Shown here: positions 27,912 through 39,582 of the stretch, in pieces
How the letters are laid out: every line of letters starts with the position of its first letter
Position numbering within the stretch: position 1 is the first letter of the stretch
Origin: Setoptus koraiensis
Lineage: Eukaryota; Animalia; Arthropoda
NCBI GenBank assembly: GCA_048013815.1
Contig: CM106586.1
Coordinates: forward strand, 13,020,001-13,084,000
Length of the DNA: 64,000 nucleotides
Reading direction: 5' to 3'
The notes under the pieces: model-generated
The model's database searches: none
Told to the model about the DNA's origin: nothing
What the model saw: only the letters and a program-made list of their open reading frames with translations
Position numbers and translations under genes: made by a program

Positions 27912-28313
27912 ATGTCGGGCGCACTTAAAACCCTCGGAGGGGCCGTAGAACTAGACAAATTGTACAGATATATTTACCTTAGATGTCGTTCTCATGACAA
28001 AGCCCTAATAGATAGTTACGACAAATTCGTTGTTCAAGCTGCCAAGCATTTAGATATAGCTCATGTGGGCACAGAGCACCCCTTTAGACAAATTCACCGC
28101 CGGACTTTACTTGCATCCAGGCACGTGCACAAAAAATATCGGGTCCAATATGAATTTAGAACGTACCTGAGTGTTTTGCAATTTAAAAATTTAACTGGTT
28201 CAACGGCGGACACTTTCCTTGAATATGTTGAGAGAAACTTGCCAGAAGGTATGGATTTGACAGTCACAAAGCATGAGCTTGGCGCTCTGCCCTTTGATCT
28301 GTTCACGTTCTGA
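27912..28313 (+). CDS. MRPS10: Mitochondrial ribosomal protein S10 (133 aa)
   Basis: DKLYRYIYLRCRSHDKALIDSY, RTLLASRHVHKKYRVQYEFRTY, TGSTADTFLEYVERNLPEG. The ORF-track extension from 27717 is a poly-Ile read-through of an ATT repeat and is excluded. Confidence 0.93.
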   Translation: MSGALKTLGGAVELDKLYRYIYLRCRSHDKALIDSYDKFVVQAAKHLDIAHVGTEHPFRQIHRRTLLASRHVHKKYRVQYEFRTYLSVLQFKNLTGSTADTFLEYVERNLPEGMDLTVTKHELGALPFDLFTF

Positions 28314-28443
28314 TCAGTATCTTAATCTTGATAATGTTCAATTTAAGTTATGGCAGTGTACGTCTATAGAGAAATTATTAATAAAGATCAATTTATTAGT
28401 TTGATATAGTCTAGTCTATTATACCTATCCTCGGTGTGGTGGT

Positions 28444-31400
28444 ATGTATATTTATATTTTATATATAGCTACTAGGATGGCTAGCCTTAGGCCATTCTGC
28501 AAGAATATAACTAATAAACAAGGTAATCAATATAATATAGTTACAATTAGGACGTCAGCCGTTTCCTACTGCTATACCGCATCAGATATTTACGTTTTAT
28601 TTGCATTATCAATACTAATGCTTGAAAGCTCCAGCCATATTGATGCGCTAATAATACCCCAGATAAGTCCCAAGTTTTGTGAGAACCTGTTCTCCAAGAT
28701 AAATTTCTCTACGCCTGTTGAGGTTTACACTTCCACTATTTCCTTGGAAGATGGAGCAAAGTATCCGTTTTGGATACAGTGCCACAAGGCCAACAATAAC
28801 ATCAATAATAAGGTACCTGTTCAGAATAATGTGTCAAAGGCACCGACATTACAAAGCCTTACATCATGGAATGGACAAACTTCGCAACAATTAACCAAAA
28901 ACTTTAATGTTAATCAGGAGACGATAGGCAAGACTTCAGCCAAGAAATTTGATGCAATCAATCAAATTACAAGCTTGATATCGGAGGCAAAGGTACCATC
29001 GATTGCTGACTCTGCAAATACTACTTCAATCGTGTCCAAACCATCAGTTGGATCTAGCCTCTATGATCAGGCGCTACAAGATGCTACAGTAGATCACTCT
29101 CAGTGGGAAACATTGAGACACACAAGCATTGGTTACGATGGGTCGAGTGAGAAAGCATCTCTAAAAATGCCTCAAGAGGTCCAAGAATTCAGTGATACAA
29201 AAAATGAGTACATATCTAATATAACTCGAGTATGTGAAAACTACTTCACGAAGAAGTGTCAATCTTTCAAGATTGGTCTGCTAACTCAAAAATCAGTCAA
29301 ATGTCCTACTTGTGGCCTCGGTGATATGAACTGTGATAATCTTCATCATTGTCTTAGTGATTGTGGCCAGATCAAATCGGTTAATTATCCATTGAATTAT
29401 CCGAATAACCATAGATGCCGCTGGTCTATCAGAGCGCCGGAAAATCAATACGTCAATCTGAGCATAATAGATTTCGACATACCAAGCTCAACAAATGCCT
29501 CAAAATTGGGCACTTGCATATTTGACTATCTAACGCTGATAGACGGTTATACTGGAAAAAGATTAGGCGGTTTCTGTAACGAAAATCTGCCACCACCTTT
29601 CATTATTTCACCTTGGAACGAGCTTATAATACAATTCAATACAAACGGTGAAACTACTGGCCGTGGTTTCTACTTTCAATACGAGTTCAAACAGTTAGAA
29701 TTGAAAGAAGATATTAAGGTTCAGTTGGAGACAAATACAGACAAATACTCCGACGTTTGTCTACCAGGCTGGCAATACTTCAAAGGCCATTGCTATAAGG
29801 CTTATTTTGAGCATGAAACTTTACAATGGTACGATGCCGAGGCCAAATGTAATCAACATGGAAAGGGTTTAGATGGTCATCTAGTGAGCATACTGAACAA
29901 GGATGAAATGTTGGCCATTCACTATATGTTGACCAACATTTGGAAATCGCCTAGGTACAAAGATTTCTATATTGGGCTCATCGATGTTTCGCGCGAAGGC
30001 TTCTATCGGTGGAGCGACAACAATCCCATGAGTTACACCGATTGGCAGATAAGGCCAATTCTTATGGAGGAGGATTTGCCAGCACAACCAGACGGTGGAG
30101 CCTACGAGGATTGCACCATTATTAAATTCAATTCATTATCACAAACATCGAATTGGCACGATATACCCTGTTCACTGGGTAAACATATTCATTTAAGGAT
30201 GAACTCGTATCAGAGTAGATTGTGGGATTATGTTGATAGTTACATTTGTAAAACGGACTGTATTCCTGGTAGTAATCCCGTTCGTTGTGGTCTACATTCC
30301 GTTAGGAGGCCATTATTTTCAAATGAATTCATCCCATCAGCACACCAGCCAACTGGCTCATCGGCGCATTTAACACTAAGCAACAACAACCTAACAGGGA
30401 CTATGTCACCAGCCAACAACAAGACTACAAACAATAATATTGTCGCTTTTCAATCGCCAATGAAATATCAAGCAGGTCTCAGTGAGTCAGGGCGATCAAA
30501 CAATAGACAATCTAGATCGCATTCGGGCACCTTTTTAGATGACAACCGATATTTTATTTGCGACAATCTAGAAGTAATCAGTGTAGTGCTACGTTGTGAT
30601 GGTATTGCAAATTGTCGCGATGGTAGCGATGAATTGCGTGATTGTCACCACGATTGTTTAGATTGGCAATTCAAATGTGCAAATGGACGTTGCATAAGCA
30701 TTGGCTATTATTGTGATTTTGTCGATGATTGTGGCGATGGTTCCGACGAGAGTCATTGTGAACGGCATCGATGCAAACTGAATGAATTTAGATGCCAAAA
30801 TGGTCAGTGTATACCACTGAGCCAACGCTGTGATCTACTTACTGACTGTCACGATGCCTCTGACGAGGGTCGTCTGTGTAACATTGGTAGTAATTGCAAT
30901 ACAAATACAACTTTTCAGTGCTACTATGGTAATTGTATACCCATTTATGCAGTTTGTGACTACCAAACCGATTGTCCTGGAAAGTTTCGCGAAGACGAAG
31001 ACAGGGCTAGATGCGATCAATTTATAAAATCAATGCAGCCAGTTTATAATTATCACATGGCCTCGACGAACCAAAGATCTTACCCGGAAAAGACAGGCTA
31101 CGAGCTACAATTGTCTCACTTGAAAAATTATTCGAGACTATTGGATTGCGGTCAGTACCCCAGCAACCATGACAACGCTGCATTTAATATTGAAGATGGC
31201 TCTCTGAGTTATAGTTCTACTTCATCTACTATTGACGAAACGGAATTTTGTATCAGAGTGTTTGACAAAAGTTCTCCTATTACGCCTGCCATACTAGAAG
31301 ACATTGTGTACGTTTGTCAGAATTATACACTGCGGCATTGCCATGATTTATATTATTATAATAATATCACAAAAGATGGCTATTACGACATACAGCCCGA

Positions 31401-34400
31401 TCCATTCGACAAGACCTCACCTGTGGAATGTAAATTTGAGACTGTAGTAAATCGAATCAGTGGCAACAAGAGATCAACTATTACCGTTGCCAACACCCTC
31501 GTACATCACGATTCGGAGTTCATCATTCTATATCTACCTAAAACGACGACATCTCCGGTGAATGTGAACACTAAATTAGCCACCAGTAGTGGCACAATAT
31601 TGCCACCATCTACATCAATTAGAGCCTCGACACCTCTAAGCCAACAACAAGTGCTAGGTGGTAACGGCAGAAGTGTGGGCCTGTCAGGCAGTGCAATCAA
31701 CATAGATTTCCCGGTTAGCTACGACACTTCTATGGATGTGATCTCGTCGTTAATAAGCCAATCGAGACATTGTCACCAGTCTATAAAATGGAAATGTTTT
31801 ACACATAGCGGCCACCAGGTTAGCTGTCTAGATCAAATAGCCACAGTATTGACAAACAATTCGAATGTGCGTGTAAGAATGCCTATAAAATCTGGCACTA
31901 CCACTAGTGCCTTTTTGGACTTGTCTTTCAATAATCCGTCAATGGATAACAATAACAATAATAATAATAATTACAGCAGCAACTATCAGCAGCAATCATC
32001 GTCACAATACACCAATACTAATGGATTTTACGACAATGGCGTCAGCCAGAGACAGTTTCAAGGCGCTAGCACCTATGGGCCAAACGGTATGAATGTGGCT
32101 CCAATCGAGATGGGCATCATCAACGTAACAGGCAAGAATGTTTCTCAATTGCGTAAAGAACGCATTCAATTGTTCCTGAGTGAATCTATTCAGACAAGCA
32201 GCAAACATAACTCAACAAATAACAGCACCTTGCATAATAGCACTGCTGCAAGTGGCGACGTCTCTCCATGGTCTTTCATGATTATTAGAAACAAAAACCG
32301 CTTGCCTATAGTCAAGGCCATATTCAAGACGCAGATATATCTAGTGCCGGCGGTTGAGCATAATTCTATACAAAACCAGACTGTGCCGCCACCTCTATCA
32401 TCAACCAGCACCTCGTCGCCAGCGCCACCTTTGTTGACAACGCCACCTATGCCTGGAAAGACCACCCAGTTACCGGTGCCCATCTTCAAAGTGGAATATA
32501 TTATCGGCCCACTGGAGTGTAACGGTGCTGTTAAAATAGGCAAGGGAAGGAACGCATCGTTAGATGAACTGCAAACTGATAAAGCAACAACTCTTTCGAA
32601 GGAGGCCCTCGCAAATCGAGCTAACCAGCAACCTGTTAGTGTGTTTGATCCCTTCAATGGTGTTCGCGGACAACCGCAGAAACCATTGCCGCCGGAAGTC
32701 ATGTATAAATTCGCTAATAGTTTCATTGAGAGACACGAACTGAAGAATCAACCTCAAATGATTCAAGGCAAACCTGTCGAGGAGGAATTCGCCAAGTTAA
32801 TTGAAGCTGGCACTGACAATAGTGGAGTGCCATCACAACAGAGTCATCCGAAAAAGCCACCAGATACCACTAGTACTATTCTCTCGAATTCTACATCAGC
32901 AGACAATCCATCTGGTAACGATGACGAGATTGATGCCGTTGTTGAGAGTTCCGACACAAATGACGAAGATATTAGCCAAGATCCGATGGACACTAGCAAC
33001 AACAGTAACGCACCAGACGATATTGCCGCCGCCCTTCCGTCGCCTGTAGAAACAACAGAGACCAATTCCCACCTATTGAGTATTATCTCAAAAAAGGGGC
33101 CAGAAACGATGCAAGAGGCGACTACAGCGTTAACAAAGACAGATCCGCACACGAGAACCGGCGTAGATATTGATGATGTCGACTTTTACGACCATAATAC
33201 AATCAGCAGAGTTTATAGTGAAATGATTGATGGCAATCAACTTATGGAGGCTGTTTGCGAGCCCAAGAAGCAAGAATATTTTCGATGCAAATCGGGCCAC
33301 CTAATCGACAATAGGTTTCGTTGTATCTATGAGTATGACAGGTACAGCTATCAGATAGGTTGTCGTGACGTCACTCATTTGATAGACTGTCACGAATTTG
33401 AGTGTCCGCCACGCGATTATGTGAAATGTCCTAATTCTTATTGTATACCTAGGCGTTATATTTGCGATGGAAAATGGGATTGTATTGCCGGCGATGATGA
33501 GGTTGGTTGCGCTCGTTACATCTGTCCGGGCCAATACAAATGCGCCAATCAATCGTCTTGTATATTGTTGCACCAATTGTGCGATGGCTTCCGTCAATGT
33601 CCAATGGGCGACGATGAATGGTTCTGTGATTTATTGTGTCCGAAACGGTGCGATTGTATCGGCCAATCAGTCAATTGTCACAATGCCAACCTAACCAATT
33701 TACCATCAAATTACATTTCGAAATCTGTGCGAAAATTAGATCTATCTTATAATAGTTTGGGACCAAATCTATTGGACACAGATTTTAGCGCCTATCACGA
33801 TCTAGGCGAGCTTATATTGCATCACAATGGTATTGAAGTTTTGATACCGCGCAAATTTCATCAATTGAGAAATCTCTACAAATTGGATCTGAGCAACAAT
33901 CAAATACATTCGGTTAAGCGTGGCGCATTTGCCGGATTGCGGCGAGTCACGCAACTATTGCTAGAGTCAAACCCGGAATTGGTTGTACTAGAGCCAGAGG
34001 CCTTCTTGGGTTTGTCGTCGTTGCAAATTCTCAATATATCATCGTCTAGAATACACATACTCAAAAAGAATACATTCGACGGATTGACTTCGCTGAGGCA
34101 TCTGCTATTGCGAAGCAATTTAATCAACGAGATAGAAGACGGAGCCTTCCGAAGTCTCAACTCGCTTGTGAGCTTGGATATGCGCGGCAACGATATCAGA
34201 TATTTCACCAAGACAGTGTTCAGTGATTTGAAATCGTTGCGCAATCTGTCGACGGACGCATTTAAGTTTTGTTGTCTCATGTCGTCGCAAATACCCGCCG
34301 ATAGGTGTTTACCGTTGCCAGATGAAATATCGGATTGTGAGGATCTGATGAGTTCCGTTTTGCAGCGTAGCTGCATCTGGGCCATAGGTATAATAGCGTG

Positions 34401-35769
34401 CGTGGGCAATTGTGTTGTTATCACGTGGAGATATCGTGAATACCAGAAAAGAAACTATTACAGCCGAGTCAATTCAACATTGTTATTATCGCTTGGTTGT
34501 TCCGATCTACTCATGGGCATATATCTGATTATCATAGCCGGAGTGGATGTCTATTACAGAGGCTGCTACATAGAGAATGCTGATAATTGGCGCCAGAGTT
34601 TTCTTTGTAATGTCTCTGGCTTCATATCGACCGTTTCCAGTGAGGCCTCTGTATTCACGCTAGTCTTGATTGCCCTAAACAGATGCTTCGAGTTGTGTAA
34701 ACCCTTGAATTTCAAGTATAAATTCACAATGAGATGGACGCATAAACTCATAATGATTTCATGGATTATGGCCCTAATAATAGCCACATTACCCCTAGTG
34801 ATCAAGCCATATTTTCGAGATGAATTCTATTCAAGATCGGGCGTTTGCCTGTCATTTCACATAACCAATCAAAAACCAGCCGGATGGGAATACTCAATAG
34901 CCATTCACTTGTGTGCTAACTTGGCGGCATTCATAATAATAGTGGCCTGTTACACAGCCATAACTTTTGAAATTAAACGCTCCAGTTTATCACGCCAGGA
35001 ACAAGAAACAGTGCCAGTAAAGGTGAGGAATAGTAACTAGTCGCTTGATTGTTTGTTTGCTTGTTAGATTGATTATTCATCGCTTAATCATGGTTGCCAC
35101 TGTTCTCGATACCCCACACAGAGTATACGAATGATAGCCGCGATTGTTTTTACAAATTTCTTTTGTTGGTCGCCTACCATGTTTATGAGCCTTCTCTCCC
35201 TATTCGGATACAAATTTCCGGCCGCCTGGCTCTCATGGATAGCAGTCTTCTTTCTACCCGCCAATTCCGCCATAAACCCAATGATTTACACTATACCAAC
35301 CATCAAGAAGAGCATATTGACACTCATGACAAATCATCGATCATCATCTATGAGAAAAAACAACACGCTAAGCAAGTCTCACAACGGCTTGAATCCGGAA
35401 ATAAACAATCTAAAGCTTCCTGTGCCACCAGGTTATAGGCGCCTAAACAAGTATTTATCGGAGGATAGAGGCACCCCAATGGAGGCAAGGGAGCTACTGA
35501 AAATACTATACAATATTGCTCAATTGATCCAATCTAAACATAGCCTTGGACAGGCTTACGGTACAATACTCAGCATAGACAATATCTTTGTTTCTGACAC
35601 AGTTATTCCAAATAAATTATCATTCTATTTGCCTGATTATAATAAATTTCCAGCAAAGCGAGAATTACAAACTAATGACATTCAACAATTTGGAGATATT
35701 TTACGTGAAATTTTAACATATCCGAAACTGTATCCCATGAAACGTAGCCAAAATAACACGATGCACTGA
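28444..35769 (+). CDS. Giant GRL101-like (LGR type C) GPCR: CUB, C-type lectin, 4 LDLa, fibrinogen-like module, 3 LDLa, LRRNT/LRRs, 7TM, kinase-like tail; exons 28444(or 28477)-35022 and 35068-35769
   Basis: CUB ~29362-29690; CLECT ~29758-30255; LDLa 30555-31015 and 33256-33627; LRRs ~33637-34250; hinge FCCL...EISDCEDL; NSAINPMIY in TM7. A 45-nt phase-0 GT-AG intron (35023-35067) joins the two ORFs in frame. The start codon is uncertain. Confidence 0.9.
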
Positions 35770-36054
35770 GATCAACCTACTTCTGGCTCCAAGAAACTAA
35801 ACTTGAAAAAGATCCATCAAGAAAATCCACTGTATGAGGCCGTGTTTGACATAGACAGTACCTTAGGAAAATAATAACTACCAACTTTTGTATCGATGTT
35901 AACGAAAGCATTTCTACTACATTTAAGTTTATGTGAGTGCTTATTTTCGCCAAGAGAGATGAGTGTGTTCACTAGTCAATAAATTTTAAAATCTATCAAT
36001 TCTAAATTTAATATGATGTGCAGATAGTATCAATGCAAATAGCTTGACCCCGTG

Positions 36055-37058
36055 TCACTTCTGAGTGTCCATATCAAGCGATTTGCGAGTTAAAGCCTTA
36101 ATCATATTTTTTTGTTGCTTAATGATTACATCTTTCATTTTTAGTTCGTCGTCATATTCTTTCTTGACATTGTTCATTATGATTGTATTATTCATCTCTA
36201 GAGTTTTCTCATTTCTGGCGCAATCTTCAATTTGTCTATTGAGTAGTATCCGTTCTCGTTCCAAACATTTGACCTATAAATGATGATAGGGAATTGTTTG
36301 AAAATTTATCACAATGGCAATAGTAACACTTGCTAGTGTTGTGGGAAACTTACCCTCTCTTGAGCTTCTGAAAGTAGCTCGTCGTTTTGGATGGCTTTTC
36401 TCACACCAAAAGCTACTCCACTTTCGTAGATACTTCTATATGCTCTGAGAGTCATCTTGAGTTCATTTCTCACTTGAAACAACAGCAATCCTTGCTCACT
36501 ACAACTTATGGTCACCTGTCGAATAAGTTCGTCTGCAATGAATATTTTATTTGTTTGTTTAGTTTCACTGGTTAATTGTCTAGCGTAGTTTTAGCTCGGG
36601 CACGCATTCATATTGATTTCAAAACTTACCAAACAATTGGTCGTATATAACTCTCCTGATTGGACACAGTCCCACCAGTTTCGCCTGATGTGTATCTGTC
36701 AGAGCTGAATGGAGTTTGAGCTTGAGGTTGGTGAGTTCATGCCTAGTATAGGGTAACGAAGATACTCTCAGATTAACCTGGGAACCGTCTTCTAGTGTTT
36801 CAACTCTAGTGTATATAACAATATATCCAGAATGAGTTCGAAAAAGAAAAATTCAAATGATGTTTCTCTTCTGATTATTACTTATTATATTACGACTTGA
36901 AACTAGTCCAGATACAAAATATGATAGACTCACCTGGGCGGAAACATTGAATCAAGTGTTGACTGAAGTTGATTCAGAGCCCCACCATTGACACTTTTAG
37001 TCTTGACATATTTTAGCAAATTGCATTCTAAATTCACGGGCTTCGAATCCATTTTCAT
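36055..37058 (-). CDS. DNALI1: Axonemal dynein light intermediate chain p28, 4 exons: 37058-36934, 36805-36630, 36532-36354, 36273-36055
   Basis: Spliced translation gives LLKY...SMFPPR|VETLEDG..VSSLPYTRHE..GLCPIRRVIYDQLF|DELIRQVTISCSEQGLLLFQVRNELKMTLRAYRSIYESGVAFGVRKAIQ, matching the p28 core CPVRRELYSQCFDELIRQVTINCAERGLLL. All junctions are GT-AG with consistent phases. Confidence 0.92.
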
Positions 37059-39582
37059 GCAACAGTAGTCGATTCATACTCACTTACGACATTGAAAATA
37101 GAGAATATGTAGTTTTTTGCAGTCGTCAGCACGAAATAGATTCAAAGAGGCATTTAGTCCACAATAAGACATGGGCTCCATAAAGAATAGAGATCTGGGG
37201 TGCCTACCCCCTCCAGGGCGGTAGGAGAAAGCAGGGGGCCAGGGGGCCTGGGGGAGGGGAATCAAGTAGAGGCAGTAGCAGCAAGGGGCACCTAGGGAGA
37301 GCATGGGTGGGGGGTCCCCGCGGGGAGCAGGATTCCTGCTGCGCCCTCTTCATGATTGGAATTGAGTGGCACGCAGGGGGATCTGTTTCATTTGACTTGA
37401 TTTTGTGATTGGTCATTTATCCTATGGAAGCAGTTGAAATGTAATCGTAGACTCGCAATCATATTACTATTATTATTACAAATTGTCTCCAGGAAGCATC
37501 ACAATTCATATCGAGACAAGCCAAGAATTGGTCAGGCATCAACACAATCTCAAGTCGGATGATAACTAACAAAACAATGGCCCCCAAACGAGCTGGCAAA
37601 CATTACAGACTTTGGGCCATACCTGGCGATAGAGTCTCAGAAAAAAAATTGGCTGAGCAATACACAATGAAGTTACACCGAGGCATCAATGCCGGCTTCG
37701 ACGAAGACCGTACAATTTGCTCTTTATTAGAGGGAACTATGATTATCACGGAACAAAGATATTATTCCGACCGAAGCGATCCTATGATTGATTAAATCTA
37801 TAGCTCAGAGGACCACAATATGACGCCTTCATTAGAAACATATATTCATGTCCTATCCCACATGATGATTCCAGAATTTAAGCTTGTAGACGCGATCCGG
37901 ACCAGACGCAAAGTCCCGGTTCATCAATATTAGTAAGGACACGTATCCATTGCTATATAAAGTTGATTGTTGTAAATATGAGTAATATTAGCAGAAGTGC
38001 ATAGTTTCTCTCAGAGGACTATTTGGTTTGATCATATCATTGGGATTATCATGAGGATCGACTTGAAGACTAGCACCACTGCACGGGCTGTCGGTTTACA
38101 ACTTGACTTTGTTCGCAGATATTAATGACAATCGGGCCCCGCAAGCATCTAGGTGATCATATCTGACCGGCATAGAAATTGACTGAGAACATACGGCATA
38201 AGTTTGGCATATAGAGCATTTGATTGTTTGGGGCTCCTCCATAGTGTAACAGAAATCATATCTAATCACATGATAATGAGATGGACGTGAAGTACCGCTC
38301 TGGCAATAGGTAGAAATCTTCCTCCTTTGGGCTAATGATTATGTCATCGACTACTATACTAAGGCTCGGATTCTCTAAACTTACCTGAGATTGATGTTGC
38401 GAATAAAATAACCGGAAGAGGCGCATCCTGTGTCGTTCTTCAACTATGACGAAAAGCACGAATTTTGATCGAGGTATAGGTATCAATTAGAAACGCGTCT
38501 AATTTACTGAACTCGAGCTTTTTCACTTGGTCAAATTGGTCTTCACAGACTGTCTTCACCGAAAAAGATCTTGGTTGAAAGATAATTGTTTCCGTCCTTG
38601 TGGACATGCAGTAATTCTTTCATCATTTCATCGACCCTACGAACTATCTCATCATTGCTACTGTCTCGAATCTTGATCGATGTGACATACTAGAGAAGAT
38701 AGCCACCGCATTTTTGCAACATATGCTGCTGTAGGCGAATTTGATGATCAGAGTCGAGATGAGTCACGTCACAACCTGCCAACATCACAACAGGAACTTT
38801 ATTATCAGAACCCTCGTCCGCTTTTAGATGACGTTGGCTCGGATTGGTCATGTCAGGGGTCTAGAGTCCTCTGGATGAGTACTAGCTGCATGAAAGTGGC
38901 ACTAATTCCAAACAATCGATCGCTCACATACATGTAATGTACCGAGATGTAAGTTATGACGCTGAAAGTTTTCAATCGTCGATATATCCAGCATGGGATG
39001 AGTCAGCAAGTTGCATCTTGTTGCTATGCAATATGCCAGTACAAATCGTTCTTTTCCGATGCTACAAAGAGAATAAGTTGACAACCATCCTTAGTTTTAC
39101 TTTCTTTTGAACAAATAGAATAGCTTGGATTGTTTTTGCGTCATTTTAAGTTATACTGGATACTTTATTGCTAGTTTGTTTTTTAAACTTGTAACCAATA
39201 GGATCAAAATGTAAGAGTATTAACACACATGTGATATCCAGATTATATATAAAAAGATGGTTAAAAACTCAACTTGTGGATTATCATTTCGCTTTAGCTA
39301 ATTCAATAAACAATCAGACTAAAGCTAAATCAATATGTGACTATCATTATGCATTGAGGTCATGGACAAGTTCAATTGGACATTAAATCTCTAAATAATA
39401 TCATGACCCACGATTCTATCGCTTCTAAAAATATAATTCATACATAATAACTACCAAATAAAAACTCTATTTTAAAACTATTGTTTTTTTTCCTGTTTTT
39501 CCTGTGATGGTTTTTGCTGAATAACATTAATAAAGACATCCGGTTATTTTGATTAATGAGTAGTAAGAAAAAAAGAACGAAT

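Noticed and set aside
37160-38900. Possible decayed retroelement or gene (LWAIPGD fragment at 37559-37795; ~100-codon minus frame with one stop at ~38550-38855)
   Set aside because: Similarity to RNase H or integrase motifs is too weak to call without a profile search; probably degraded transposon DNA.
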